From the NCBI GenBank assembly GCA_964016885.1, contig OZ024743.1, positions 232,190,001-232,254,000 on the forward strand: a stretch of DNA of 64,000 nt, written 5' to 3'. Source of the stretch: Eledone cirrhosa. Its lineage: Eukaryota. This document shows positions 1-16,740 of this stretch, piece by piece; position 1 is the first letter of the stretch, and each line of letters starts with the position of its first letter. The position numbers and the translations under genes were made by a program. The notes under the pieces were generated by a model, which ran no database searches, was not told the origin of the DNA, and worked only from the letters and a program-made list of their open reading frames with translations.

Positions 1-39
1 TACCGATACTGCCAACCCATCGCTCTATAATAATAATAA

Positions 40-212
40 TAATTGTTTCTACTTTTTGGCACAAGGCCAGCAATTATCCCAGTGCATTACTGGTATTTTA
101 TTTTATCGACCCCGTAAGGATGAAAGGCAAAGTTAACCTCGGCGGGATTTGAACTCAGATTATAAAGGGACATAACTATGCTAGAAAGTATGGCGTCTGA
201 CCCTCTACCGAT
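40..212 (-). mobile_element. tRNA-derived SINE (family A)
   Basis: Reverse complement of the unit at 6018-6390: B-box-like GAGTTCAAATCCC, central CTTTGCCTTTCATCCTTACGGGGTCGATAAAA, 3' GCTGGCCTTGTGCC and (ATT)n tail. Confidence 0.85.
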
Positions 213-280
213 AATAATGATTTCATTTATTGGCCACAAGGGCCGACATGTAGGGGACAATTAACAACAACAATAATAAA

Positions 281-317
<37 letters not shown>

Positions 318-754
318 TTGTTGTTGTTGTCGGCATTTGGATGATACTTAGAATGATAAAAATTATAGCAGACACATAACATCGTAGAATATTGATTGAA
401 CATTTTTGGTATTGATTACATAAATACGAAACATATCTCAGCAAATTCTGATTATCACAAACAGACTCATGTGAGTAATCACGGTAGTGTGATTTAAGGA
501 TTGCGTGTATTTTTCTGAGGGAACAAATGAATGCATAGTCACCTCACGTTGTTTTTACAACTTACACCTACGTAGGTTCAGCTGGCCTTCTACGTAGCTG
601 CATCTCATGGGGTTTTTCTCGGGTGTTTTTAATTATAGGGGCTATGACATAAAGTAGAGCATCGTAGCCAGGAGGCTGAATTAAGTGTAAGAATTGCAGG
701 GGTTGGTGCAGCAATACGCCGTCTTCAACGTTCGGTAATAAGAGGAATGGTGTA

Positions 755-1190
755 AAAGTCAAACTCACTATCTCTAATTCGGTATTCGTGCCAACCATCA
801 ACAAAGGGAATGAATCTTGAGTAATGACAGAAATAATACAATCGTGAATACAAGCGGCAGAAATGGGGTTCCTCCGAAGGGTCTTTGGAGTGATGTTACT
901 CGATAGAGTGTATAGCACGGAGTTCAAAGTGTCGTTCCAGGTAGAGCTGCTATTTCTCTGAATTGAGAAATCACAGCTCCCATACTATGGGTGTATGGTT
1001 AGAATGTTTCAGGTAGGAATTACCGAATAGATCTTATGAGCAATACCAACAGCCAGGAGACCTGGGGGTAGATGGTTGGATAATATCCATGTACTCGGCT
1101 GGTTTCGCTTTGGGATGCAGTCGGATCAGTTGAAAACACTTGCTTCTGACAGGACCCACTGAAAGGGATGTTTGCGGGCTCTGCCTCCCA
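755..1190 (+). pseudogene. RTE-clade LINE, degenerate 3' fragment
   Basis: Translates as ...SVFVPTINKGNES*VMTE...IQAAEMGFLRRVFG...IEKSQL..., matching the C-terminus of RTE/Expander ORFs; contains stops. The 3' end resembles the copy at 25762-26100. Confidence 0.8.
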
Positions 1191-1561
1191 TGTAAGCCAA
1201 TTTGTTTCGTCTCAATAGATATACTACACGATCCTATAACCTATTATTTCATGATACCACTGTTGCTACAGTTATTTTTATGTATACTTAGACCACACGT
1301 GACCCGTTGGGTGACGTTCACTTCAAAATATTTTTTTTAAAATCATGTTCACTTACAGACATGTATATAATGTGAAATGAAACTGGAAGGCCCATATATA
1401 TATGTGTGTCCGTGTATGTATATTAAACAAATGTGTGTTTGTATATATATATATATATATATATATATTTAAAGGAACGATCGACTCTCGTCAAATCGGA
1501 CCGAGGGAACAATGTTTCCGTTGGTCTTTCCAATTGCTAATACTATCTATCGGTCGCAACT

Positions 1562-1951
<390 letters not shown>

Positions 1952-2423
1952 CCTGGATTGTGAAAATGGTGGTGTATACGAAAACCATAACATTGTTTTG
2001 CTTCTCATTTTTAATATTTTTAATATTTCTCTACACACAAGCTTCTATATCATACATATAAAAAAATACTTTGCCAATACAACCCCCATAATACTCTTGA
2101 TTGCCCGCTTAAACTGCTTGTATTACATATAACACCCTGCCGCACTATAATCTATATAAATAAGACACACGTGCTTGCCCCACGTGTTACTATGGCATAC
2201 ACTAACTACTTCAAACTATCCTCTTGCTTTATCTTCGTAAACTGCCAATGTTATATTTTAACTTTAATTTTGTTTTCATTAATATGACTTTAATCTTGAA
2301 TGTAAATTGCCATGTTAAAATATTATAATGGATGTCAACCCACTGTGCATCAATATATACATATGTTTCTGTATGTCTCTTGTGTTGAAAAGGAGGTCAT
2401 GTATGTAAACAATCATTGAAAAA

Positions 2424-2472
2424 TTGCTCCGAAGACTCCATACCTCGGTTTGGAAGAAACAATTGTAAGCGA
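2424..2472 (+). ncRNA. Type I hammerhead ribozyme motif (U4C variant) in a TA-flanked solo pLTR-like insert (1950-2506)
   Basis: TTGCT-CCGAAGA-c TCCA..TGGA a-GAAA-CAATTG-TA-AGCGA: helix I TTGCT/AGCGA, palindromic helix III ACAATTGT, GUA site, AATAAA immediately after. Confidence 0.7.
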
Positions 2473-2505
2473 ATAAATGGTTTAAACAGAACTTTGATTC
2501 ATGTA

Positions 2506-2601
<96 letters not shown>

Positions 2602-2635
2602 GTCGGTGTCTGTGATCTATATAGACTGGTCATAG

Positions 2636-2680
<45 letters not shown>

Positions 2681-3386
2681 CATATATATATATATACACA
2701 ACAACACCACCAACTCTCTCTTCCATTCTCCTTCTCCGTCTCCTCTCCCTCTCTCGATGTCTCTCTTTCAATCTACTCTCTCACAACCACTATCTATTTC
2801 TCTCTACCCTTCGCTCTCTCTGTTTGTGAAGGTACGCAGAAAACCTCATATCTCGGGAACCCGTGTTTCGATTTACGCGAAACATGTTTTATTCCATGTG
2901 TATTCCCATTTAAGGTGCAACTTCCTTTTAAAGTATTTTCCCATTATGCACCCTTTTGGCTGTATTACATTACAGACAAGCAAGCAAGCTATCACGGATG
3001 TTTAGTAATATATATAGAGAGATTTGAAAAACCCAGTGCTTCAATAATTTATACGACTTGTTACCAGGCTACAAGCTGTTCAGTATAGCTACCCAAATTT
3101 GACGGCACTTTTTGTCAGTACCCCTTAATTTAATGTTAAAACCCTCAACCAGTATTCCAGAAAAAGGCAGTTCGATTTGCAGTCCACCTCCTCTTATTTT
3201 AATGGGAAAGGGAGTCTAAAGAATTCGAGAGATACGGAATTGGACTCTACGTAAGGGTTCTTGACACATGTTTTCAGTTTCTTTGGGTATTTTACCCGAC
3301 TTTCTAAGGTATTATATATAGCATTTGACTGTTGTTACAATTATTTCCTTTCCTGAGATTGGAATGACTACGTTTTCAATAAATAA

Positions 3387-4771
<1,385 letters not shown>

Positions 4772-4791
4772 CATTGAGTGGTAGATTTATC

Positions 4792-4856
<65 letters not shown>

Positions 4857-5549
4857 ATTATATATATATATTTAATATAAAAGTAACGAAGATCGCTTGT
4901 ATCAATTCAACAGTCTCCGGCCAACGTCTAGCTCATGCAGTGAATCTGCCGAATTTGCAGATATAGTAAATGACCGATAAGGTTTTAAAACCCGGTGCGA
5001 AGTGGTATATAAATGTTAAGAGCCAATTATGATAAATGAAATAAAACAAAACAAATTAATGTTTTACCCAGTTTATTTCTGCATGATATTTCAGGGTTAT
5101 TACTCTCTTTTCAGATGCAAAGCTGAAACGGTCCAAGACAAAACAAACGGATTATTAGAGTATTTAAGGAAGAAAACTCTTCTCACTCTTTTCTTTCTAT
5201 TTATTTTTTAATTTACTTTTATCTTATTTATTCATTTATTCATTTATATATTTACTATTTTCTTCTTTACCTTTTAAGTTTTTTCTCTTCCCTTCTCTCA
5301 TTTCTTTATTTTTTATTCTTTCTTTCTGTCATTCCATATTTATTAGTATTCTCTATATTCCCTCTTATGTGTCCTTACTTCCTTATATTTCTTTCATCCG
5401 TTTTTCAATTCTCTACATGTTATTCCTTCTTTTCTTTTAATTCTTTATACTGTATCTCGTCTCTTTTTATTGTATTCTTTTTCTTCTTCTTCTTCTTCTT
5501 CTTCTTCTTCTTCTTCTTCTTCTTCTTCTTCTTTCAAATTGCTGCCTTA

Positions 5550-6508
5550 TTGGGGGTATCGGTAGAAGGTAGGACACTATGCTTTGCAGCATAGAGTTAC
5601 GGCCCTTGCCATTCTCAGTTCAAATCTCGATGAGGTTAACTTTGCTTTTCATCCTTACGGGGTCGATCAAATAAAGTACCAGTTACGCACTGGGTTCGAT
5701 TTAGTCGACTTTCCCCTCCCACAAAATTGCTGGCCTTGTGCCTATATAAGAAACAATTATTATTATTATTATTATTATTGTTATTATTATTATTATTATA
5801 TTATCATTATATTGGCAGTATCGGTAGAGCGTCAGACACCATGCTTTGCAGCACAGAGTTAAGGCCCTTTACGTTCGGACATCAAATTCCGCCGAAATTA
5901 GCTTGGCCTTTCATCCTTACGAGGTCAATAAAATAAAGTACCAGTGATAATTGTGATAATTGTGATAATTGTGATAATTGCTGGCCTTGTGCCAAAGGTA
6001 GAAACATTATTATTATTAGGGTGGTGGATTGGCAGTATCGGTAGAAGGTCGGACGCCATGCTTTGAAGCATAGAGTTTAGCCCTTTACATTCTGGGTTCA
6101 AATCCCTTTCATGCTTACGGGGTCGATGAAATAAAGTACCAATAACTTACTGGGATCAATTTAATCGACTTCCCCCTCCCCCCAAATTGCTGGCTTTGTG
6201 CCTATATAAGAAACCATTAGTATCGGTAGAGCGTCGGACGCCATGCTTTCCAGCATAGTTACGTCCCTTTACGATCTGAGTTCAAATCCCGCCGAGGTTG
6301 ACTTTGCCTTTCATCCTTACGGGGTCGATAAAATAAAGTACCAGTAATGCACTGGGTAATTGCTGGCCTTGTGCCTAAAGTAGAAACAATTATTATTATT
6401 ATTATTCTTTCATCCTTACGGGGTCGATAAAATGAAGTACCAGTAATGCACTGGGTGTTTGCTGGCCTTGTGCCTAAAGTAGAAACAATTATTATTATTA
6501 TTATTATT
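5550..6508 (+). mobile_element. Cluster of about five tandem full or partial family A SINEs
   Basis: Repeated GTATCGGTAGA...GTTCAAATC...TTTCATCCTTACGGGGTCGATAAAATAAAGTACCAG...GCTGGCCTTGTGCC units separated by (ATT)n. Confidence 0.9.
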
Positions 6509-6961
6509 CGTCTTCTCCCTATCCTCCTCTTCCTATCAATCTCACCCTTTTCTTCTTCTTTAACTTCTTCTTTTCCTCTTCGTTTTGCTCCAACATCTCT
6601 TTCTTATTCTGTTACCCTCCACCTCTTTCTCCACCTACCCCTCCTCATCATTCTAATCCTCATTCTTCTTTTTCATTTTTCTTCTTTTATATGATATCCC
6701 CACTTTCTCGTACATTTCATATCTCGGTGGTTCTTCAAGCTTCCTTCCTTTCAAGGAAATGTCAAACATCTTGTGATATTCAATAATTCTTGATTTTGTA
6801 CGTCACAGCTGTTCTGGAAAAGTCTAGCCAAGCCATTACTATTATTTCCAGCAACCTCAAGTGGAATTCATTTACAGAATGAATGGAATCTTTTATATTT
6901 ATCTACAACTTATTTTTCTGTTTTCCTTTCTACTTGTCCAATTCCATGGTCTCTCTCCAAG

Positions 6962-7031
<70 letters not shown>

Positions 7032-7148
7032 TCTCTCTCTCTATCTCACTATATATATATACTGTATATATATATATATATATATCTTTCACTCTCTTGC
7101 TCTGTTTCTCTACCCCTCTCTGTGCACACATATAAGCCTATATCTATC

Positions 7149-7238
<90 letters not shown>

Positions 7239-7814
7239 GCTGTGTGTGTACGACATAATATTCATACATCATTTTCGTTTGCTGGATAAACATTGAGCTA
7301 ATTCATAGATTCCTTTTTGGAGATATAATATAATTCTTGTTTTTATTTTATAATGCTTTAGTATTACTTTATTTGTTTGTAATGTTGTTGTTTTGTAATT
7401 CATTCATGCTTGTTTTTCTTTGTTACGCATCTATCCTAAACGAGCATCCAATGAATGGATAGCACTACCTTCATAGAATAATCCTTTTGCTTAGTTTGGT
7501 TACGACTCTGTATGTTGTTCTAGTCGTCCACTTCGACATTTTTTGTCCTTTCGATACACTTCTTATGAAAAGGTTAGCATTATAATGTTGGTATTAAGTC
7601 GAAATGGATTCCGCTTAAAACATTGCTCTTCACTGAAGTAGGTACACGCAACAAACTCTCTCCCTCCACTTATATACAAATACTCCGTCCCTAGATATAT
7701 GTATGTGCACATATGTATGTATAAATTCATAATTTACACAAACACTTTGTTCGTTTGTTCCTGCGCGCGTGTATACATGGCTGTATGAATTCATACATAC
7801 GCATTGTCAAGTCT

Positions 7815-8165
7815 CATGGCTTACTGGTAATGGTGTTCGGTGTGTGATAGCAGGCTCGTGAGTTCGATTCTGCGCAACATGTCTTTGTTTTGGGGGTCAG
7901 GACACTTTATTTCACATTGCTTCATTCCACTCAGCTGCAAAAAATGGGTTGTTCCTGCAATTCAAAGGCAGACCTGTCCATTCTTCCGTTTTTGTATAAA
8001 TACGTATAGCTTTCATTATGTAAAATTTCCCCATTTTACCTCATTTCTCCCCATTTTTTGGCCACTGTTTTTCATGGTATCCCTCGTAAGGGCTTCACAG
8101 TTTAGCAGGTCTGCAAAGGGCCAACCTTGTCACACAGTGTATCACACTGAATTTGCCTGATAATT
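7815..8165 (+). mobile_element. Family B SINE interrupted by a MITE
   Basis: B box GAGTTCGATTC and GACACTTTATTTCAC shared with 1562-1691. Confidence 0.7.
7969..8113. mobile_element. Short MITE (hAT-like termini) nested in a SINE
   Basis: Termini CAGACCTG...CAGGTCTG with CAAAGG repeated on both flanks; same termini as 9597-9773. Confidence 0.65.
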
Positions 8166-9596
8166 TCATTACGAGACTGTTCCATGGAGCCTTCGTCTCC
8201 GGAAGTGAGAGAAATCCAATACATACATTTATATAGTCATAACATGTATGTATGTGAATATATGTGAGCTTGCATGTGATTTGTGTGTGGGCAGGAGATG
8301 CCTTGTTATTTAGTGAGATGAACGTCGTCCGTCTGTAAATGTGTGTGGGGGGGTATGTGTAGGTGTGTGTGAGTGCGTGTGTGTGTATTTCAAGCTCTTT
8401 GAATTCTTATATGTTCGTGTAAGACATGTTCTCTTATTATATAAATGTATCAGTGATTGGAAGCTGTATGCGTTATGCTTTGTCTGTGTGTATTACTGAA
8501 ACTATAATTGTATGTGTGTTACTTGATGTGTCTGCAAATAATATTATAAAATTCTCTATAACTTAACTCAGATACGTCAAAGAAAAAACAAAAACGTTTT
8601 CAACGTATTCAGGTACAGGGCCTCACCAAGTTTTACTGCTTGTATTTATATTTGTGGAAACTGCGCACCTGAATGTGGCACGAAGATATAAACATCGAGA
8701 AGAATACGTATGTGTAATGAAATTTAGGTTGTGTGGTGAATTAGGTTGTTGCAAACTATCTCAGAGCTTCTCAAATATGCCTGTAGTCAGAGTCCAAAAC
8801 CAGAGATGATCAACCATCAAACAGAATAAATAATATTAGTGGTCTCTGATGACTAGCTCTTTCAGAGTCAATCAACAAATATGTTTCGAACAAGGTAAAA
8901 ATGATTTTTAGTTCTACTGAATATGTTTTCGAACTATTGCATATAGCTAAGCCAGATTTAATGAGGCGGGGGGTGGGGGGGGGTGCAAAGGGGCAATTAC
9001 CCCGAGTCCCCTGCAATGGGTGGCCCCACCAACGACGGCCGTAGGAAATTATTTGTGCCCTCAGCTGAGCTTTTTAATTTTTAGAATGTTTAGAATGTTC
9101 GAATTTATTACCTGTATGTATAACTTTTCAATTTGAATTCGTATGCAAAATGTGCTGTGTATTCGAATGTTTTGTGTATGAGGGAATAAAAGCTGAAGTG
9201 CCCCGGGTCCTCCAATGTCTAAATCCAACGCTGCACGGAACACTAGGAGTACAGCTTAGAACACATCCCAAAATCTATATAAATGCAGCTGCAGGATCAT
9301 TATATTATTGATTAAAATGACACGTAACTAGCATTACCAATATTGTAAATGTCAAGATATCATAAATGATAATGAAAAAACTTTATCTCGATCCTACAAC
9401 TCTCGATTCAAGATTTAACACACTCAGTATATGAACAGCATTCTTTCTGTTTCAAAAGAAAAAATCAAACACTCCCATCTCGCTCTTACATTAAATATCG
9501 AGACTGGGGTAGAATCGAATCCAAAATACAGCAAATACATGGTCAATGTGTTGCTCCACGGCTTGTTATTATTTATGGAATGTATATAACATACGG

Positions 9597-9773
9597 CAGA
9601 CCTGCCAACCTCTAAAACCCGAAACGGGGAGTACCATGAAAAAAGGGCCCAAAAGGGGAGATTTTATGTAATGAAAACTATACTCATTTTTCACACACAA
9701 AAGCAGATACCTCTCACCCACTCCAAAGTAGGTGGGAGATCTCCCCGTCGGATAGGTAGAGTTGACAGGTCTG
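9597..9773. mobile_element. Short MITE (hAT-like termini)
   Basis: TIRs CAGACCTGCCAAC / GTTGACAGGTCTG with subterminal ACGGGGAG / CTCCCCGT; no clear TSD. Confidence 0.7.
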
Positions 9774-9909
9774 CAAACTGATACACACGTTTAAAGTGTC
9801 AAAATCAATTTGAGTAAAATTGTACCATTAATTTATTTCGGCATTTGAACACCAATCGAAAATATGTGACCTGTCTTTCTTACAGATTATTATTATATAA
9901 TCATTACGA

Positions 9910-10025
9910 TCTCTCACGGTCTGAGTTCAAATCCCGCCGAGGATAACTTTGCACAGGGTGGATGAAAAAAAGTACCAGTAATGCACTGGTGTAATTGCTG
10001 GCCTGGTGCCAAAAGTAGAAAGCAT
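9910..10025 (+). mobile_element. Family A SINE, truncated
   Basis: TCTGAGTTCAAATCCCGCCGAGG...AGTACCAGTAATGCACTGG...GCTGGCCTGGTGCC. Confidence 0.8.
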
Positions 10026-10343
10026 TATTTAATAATCATCCATCCTTTAAATGACAAATGAAACATAGGAAAAACCCAATATATATTTATATATCTCAGA
10101 ATTGGCTGAGTTAGAAAATTAAAGAATTCATATTTGTCACTACATATCAGTTTTACTAGAAGCTATTCAGTAAATACATTTCTACTCGCATTGATGAGAG
10201 AAGTTCCATAAAGGTATTTTTTCCCCTACGCAATGTACGACATCCGAGTTTATAATTATTCAAGTCGCCGTTCCACTTCAAGTACATTTTTAATTTATAT
10301 TCTCTCTAAACTGCGGAGATTAATTTTGCTTAAACGTTTATAC

Positions 10344-10492
<149 letters not shown>

Positions 10493-10626
10493 GAATAATA
10501 ATAATATTTCACCCACGAATACATTTAATTGTCTACCATGATAAGAGCAAAAACAAATATATATATATAATATTTGGGTGTATGTGTGGGTGTGACTGAC
10601 TCTGTGTGTGTACGCGCATGAACATA

Positions 10627-10672
<46 letters not shown>

Positions 10673-10675
10673 TAT

Positions 10676-10711
<36 letters not shown>

Positions 10712-10914
10712 TTAACAGTTATATAAGTTTATGTATTATATATTATTAAATATTTATATATCTTTTTACACATTCTCATACGCACCCTCTGTATTATATG
10801 TAATTTTTCATGTTTCAACTTAAGGTATGTAAATATCGAGTTTTGTCATAACTAATCACTGCCATGACTAAATTATAACCATCAACATAGTCAAGGTATG
10901 TCAGGCATCAACTT

Positions 10915-10978
10915 ATTTTATCTGATGAGGACGTACTGTTAAAATAGATCAGTATCACTGAAATATCTATAATAAAAT
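10915..10978 (+). ncRNA. Type I hammerhead ribozyme motif in a TA-flanked insert (~10710-11120)
   Basis: ATTTTAT-CTGATGA-..GTACTG..CAGTAT..-GAAA-TATCTA-TA-ATAAAAT; 7-bp helix I. A degenerate paralogue (C3A) lies at ~44567-44631. Confidence 0.7.
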
Positions 10979-11113
10979 ATATTTGATCACATGAATGTCT
11001 ATATTTATTAATATTTTGAAGTAATATTAAAAACTCCAGAAAACCATATGTAGAGTGCTTATAGTCTATTGTGAAACTTTATTCATTGATGAATTCATTG
11101 AACCTTGTTAAAC

Positions 11114-11161
<48 letters not shown>

Positions 11162-11644
11162 AGGGTTGACGGACCCAGCATATTTATCAATGCCAGTACC
11201 GGTTGTATCTCAGCGCACTCAATGGGCAATGTAAGATACATTACCAGAGTATACACATGGTTATTTGCCTCAACACAACACACGTAAAACGGGTGCCTAT
11301 AAGGTACCCGGACTCGAGTTTCTGCCGCACTAATGCAGCAGTAAGGTGCACTGCACTATCTGTCTGCATATATTATGCAACAATGCACAATCGGCTTATG
11401 CGGCTTCAACAGCGGGTATCGCCTAATCAATAACCAATCGATCGACAGAATCCAAACACCAGCCCATGCCGGTTATGACTGTTTGTGAAAACCGACACGG
11501 TAAAGCGATTAGCAACTGGCAACCGATAGGACTCTAACATACTACCGCGTTGACCCGGTAAGATTGAAGAAAATGAGATGTTTATAGTTAATGTGGTTTA
11601 TGAATCTAAAAAAGAAATAACAAATGTAGCGAACAAACATATTC

Positions 11645-11719
<75 letters not shown>

Positions 11720-11822
11720 CGTATGTATAGTATATTTGGCAATATACTGTGTTTAATTAAAAACATATATATACAAATATATACATATGTATATATATAT
11801 ATACATATGTATATATATATAC

Positions 11823-11933
<111 letters not shown>

Positions 11934-13098
11934 CAGACTTTTTAAATATCCATTTTCTCTACTCAGCTTTCTCTTTCATTTTCTTGTATATTTAATGACC
12001 AGCTTTTATCTATATCATCCAATCACTGTTAGGTTATTGCGTCACTTATCTAACATACTACCGCGTTGACCCGGTAAGATTGAAGAAAATGAGATGTTAA
12101 TAGTTAATGTGGTTTATGAATCTAAAAAAGAAATAACAAATGTAGCGAAAAATTAAGAAAAATAAATTTTTTTTTTTTTTTTTCTCATAAATCATAAAAC
12201 AATTTTGTACACCTTTATATAGTTATCGTACTTTGTAAAGCGAACCTGGCAGATTTTTTAAAAACCTTTTTTTGTTTTTTGTTTTTTCTATTTATTCATT
12301 TACTGATTAATAACGAAGAGGTTCTCTTTGATCTGAGATATTTTTACCATGTAATACGTTTGCTTTTTTCACCCATGTATAATTTCTAATTTGTTTTTTG
12401 AAACCATATCTATGTGTGTTTATTTTTTTAATACTTTTTGTTTGTTTTCCATTTTTAACGAACATAATTAAATGTTAAATACACAGCAAAAATGATCTGT
12501 AAGATTATTTGGTATCCATACATCTGTTAAATGCTGAAGCTTGAAATTTAGTGGTTAAAACAAAATCTCTGATTACGGCTTTCCTTTCACTTCTCTCTCA
12601 CACTAAAGCTTATCTCTTTCTCTCTCCATCTCTAACTTCTTACGTTTTTCATTCACCCCCACCCTCTCTCTCTCTCTCTGTATATATATATATTTAGTTA
12701 GAAAGTGAACAACATAAAATATAACTACTCCTTTACCAAAGGTTTCTGGATCACAGACGACAATAATATATACGTCTGGATCCTTCGTCATATAGAGATG
12801 TTATAGATAAAAGATATGAAATGAAATTTAAAATCTGTTAAAAATTGGAAGTGAGGCTGTAAAAATAGGGGGATAAAAATAAAAATAAAAATATATAGCA
12901 ATATAGAAAAAAACATATGTGTACGTACATACACACGTACATACACACATTCAGATAAAAGGGAAAAAATATATATATATGTATACATTCATACATGCAA
13001 ATACACACACTCATACATATATGTATATATATATATATACACAAACATACACATAAAAACATATACAGACATATAAAAAATACACACTCACATATATC

Positions 13099-13135
<37 letters not shown>

Positions 13136-13252
13136 CATGCATATATATATACACATACATGCATATATATACACATACATGCATGTATATATATGTATAT
13201 ATAGCACAGACACACTAGTCTGCTAAAACATACATACGCGAACACACACACA

Positions 13253-13302
<50 letters not shown>

Positions 13303-13923
13303 CGCCCGAAATGGGATTCTCGCTGAATTTATATTTGTATTAATCTCACGAGTCTTACAATTAACCTGTTAATAAATCTATTGACAGATTAATTGCATAA
13401 GTTTATTTTAAAAACTACATGGTTGAGTGCTTATTCGATTTGTGGTATTTATGCAATTTTTTGCATGATTTACAGATACTGAATTCATTTGCCAAAATCT
13501 GGTGGTTTTCCCCTTGTGAGTTACGCATGTCCTTTTACAAAGCTCTACATCATTCACAAAGTTGGTGCAGAGCAAAATACCCGTTGATAACGTGATATTT
13601 CTTGTTCGATCATTAAACCAAAAGCTTATAGTTTTAAGCAGACAGTATTATTGATTTAGGTGTCATAGAAACACTGCATTTGGATTTTAACATCAATTCC
13701 AATGGGTCCAGGTCAGTTTTTATCATTCATTTTGTTTGACATGTTTAGCTTGATTTGTTTTTTGGCTTAGGTGTTTAATGCCTTCTTGACCACTTTTTCA
13801 GTTTGTATGGCGTTTTAACATATTGTTTAGCTCTGTTTTATTCACTATTGAGCGCTTGCCAGCATAACTCTGATTTTGCGTTCTGTTTCGCTTTTTCTTC
13901 CCGCCGAAATGCGATTCTCGCTG

Positions 13924-13977
<54 letters not shown>

Positions 13978-14156
13978 ATACGGAGACATTACACACAGAG
14001 TTAAACATGGATACAATTACATACGCAAAACTACACACAGATACATATGTCCAGTAGTAGTGTAAGCTGTTTGGAGCCTGTAAAATTACGAATGAACACA
14101 CGCAGATAAACACACATAAATACATATACACACTGCACGCAACCACATTAAATAAA

Positions 14157-14228
<72 letters not shown>

Positions 14229-14281
14229 CATACATACACAAATACATATATACACACATACATACATCAATACATACATAT

Positions 14282-14334
<53 letters not shown>

Positions 14335-14439
14335 TAATAATAATAAATTTGAAGACTAAAATCCAAAGAGGGCTCGATAAGGATAAATATATATCGAATA
14401 TATAAGAACAGTAGAGCAAAAATTTGACTTATATTCATT

Positions 14440-16540
14440 ATGCAGAAATAACATCTGAATATTTCTACAAAGAACATACCCGTACCAAGCAGGAAAACAT
14501 ACCTAAAACTCCTGATACAGAAAACAGACGCGTTCATTAAAATGTTGCGTTGGCGTGTCTTTTATTTCGATAATCCGCGAAAAGCTGACCACAAACAGGA
14601 TAAATTTGGGTTTAAAACCTATAATAACCCTCCGTGTAACCCAGCATTGCTACCCTTTGAAAATGATGTCTTGGAACTCATATGGAGTATCAAATTTCGG
14701 AATATGAGCAATTCCTTCCAGCAGGACCTGAAGAATAGAATTCGTTCTATTAAGGATTATAATGCCGTGCACGTCCATTCCGACAAAACTGGCAACCTAT
14801 ATCAAGTGGAGCGCAGTACTTACCATCAACTACTACATAATGCTGTAACTAAGGATTACCGTAAAACTAATCGGTGCGTCATCAATGAAATCAACGATGC
14901 TGGGTTTAAAATCACCTCTGATCTCAACATCCTGGATCGGACCGAATCTGGACCCTATTTCTCCCCACTTTAACCTGAAGGATCTCAAATCCAATTTTCC
15001 GAACAACCCCTCTATTCGGCTTATTAACCCTACGAAGTCCGATTTAGGTAGACTTAGTAAAAGGATTCTTGATAGAATTATACCTGAAATTAGAAGTTTG
15101 GCCCCTCTTGCACCGTGGAACAATTCTTTCGCGGTGATTGATTGGTTCAACGGTATATGCAACAAGGAACATTGCCGTTTTATCTAATTCGACATCAATA
15201 ATTACTACTACTCCATCACTTTACCACTTCTCCTTAGAGCTATCAATTTCGCTAAAACACTCACAGTGGTTAAGGATTTCAAAGTTGATGTCATCCTCAA
15301 TGCCCGTAAGTCGGTGCTTAATTTCGAAGACACTATTTGGATTAAAAAATCCAATTGTACCCCATTCGACGTGAGTATGGGCGCCAGCGATTCTGCGGAG
15401 GTTAATGATCTTATCGGCCTTTTCTTTCTTTTCTCTATCAAGGACGAATTCCCCAACGCGGGCGGTGGTTTGTACCGTGATGATGGTCTTTTGACCATGA
15501 CTAAGTGCGTCCCTCGTGCTTGCGACAGGTTCAGAAATGAACTCACAGCCCTCTTTAAAGGATTCAACCTCTCTATACAGGTTGAGGCCAACCTCTCGGT
15601 CGTTAATTACGTCGACATTACACTCAATTTATCGAATGGCTTGTATTACCCGTATAGAAAGCCGAATGATACGCTTAATTACATAAGTAAGCATTCCAAC
15701 CATCCTGCCTGCATAACCAAGAACCTGGTAAGAAACGTTTCGTTGAGGCTTTCCCGTCTATCTACTAACGAGCATATTTTCAACGACCATTCCACTTATT
15801 ACAATGAAGCTCTTGCTCGGAGTGGATTTGTCGATAAGGTAGCATATACAGAGTACGAGAATAGACCTGATAGAAATAGATCCCGTCGCATTATATGGTA
15901 TAACCCACCCTATAATATGGAGGTGGCCACACCATTAGCTAAGATCTTTCTATCCCTTATTATGAAGCATTTTACCCCTACACATATATATAGTAATTTT
16001 CTTTATAGAAATACTATTAAAATTTCTTATTCTACGACTCCTAACTTTGCACATAACATCACAGCTTCAAATTTAGCTAAACTACCTAGCCGTAGGAACA
16101 CGTGCAACCCTCTAGTTAGTACTAACTGTAATTGTAGCAATCGGGTTGATTGCCCCCTATCCGGGAAATGCCTCTCTAGTAACATTGTCTACAAATGTAA
16201 GAAACACCCACGCCCCGTATGGCCTACAAAGGGTTAACCGCCAATAGATTCAAGCAGCGTCTTTACATGCATACCCATTCTTTTCGGTACCCTCTAAGAA
16301 GGAATATGACGTCACTTTCAGCTTATATCTGGAGTCTAAAAGACAACCACACCCAATATAAGTTACACTGGCAGATCCTAGCTAGAGCTAGATCGTATAA
16401 CGGAAATAAAAGACCATGTGACCTCTGCGCCACTGAGGCTCTGGAAATACTCTACGCCACAGACCACATCTTAAATAAAATATCTGAGGAATTTCGGCTT
16501 GTAAATATAAATTGCACAAAACTTTCCTGTATTACAGCCC
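14440..16540 (+). pseudogene. PLE RT-endonuclease ORF with stops and frameshifts
   Basis: MQK*HLNISTKNIP..., HSDKTG, RLINPTKSDLG, FI*FD, MGASDSAE, LYRDDGL, CNC..CPL..C, IVYKC..YKG..FKQR, CDLC; spread over ORFs 14542, 14885, 15266 and 16219. Confidence 0.92.
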
Positions 16541-16740
16541 CATATTATACCCTAACGGATAGTACGATCTATACGTGGATATTTTACGTCTTGATGTGGT
16601 AGCTAAGTATATGTTATGTTTATACCATTACTTATTTGCATAGGGAACGTTTCCACGAACCAAAGTATCGTCTTCCTGTCTTCCTCCGGTTGCAACTTTT
16701 TTTGAAATATCCACTTCTGCGTTTACAGATTGACTTTGTT

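Noticed and set aside
5100-5160. Acceptor-like CTCTCTTTTCAG followed by a short open frame
   Set aside because: A single signal with no supporting gene structure.
13278-13930. TA-flanked insert with ~25-bp direct terminal repeats, possibly another pLTR-type unit
   Set aside because: I could not assemble a complete hammerhead on either strand.
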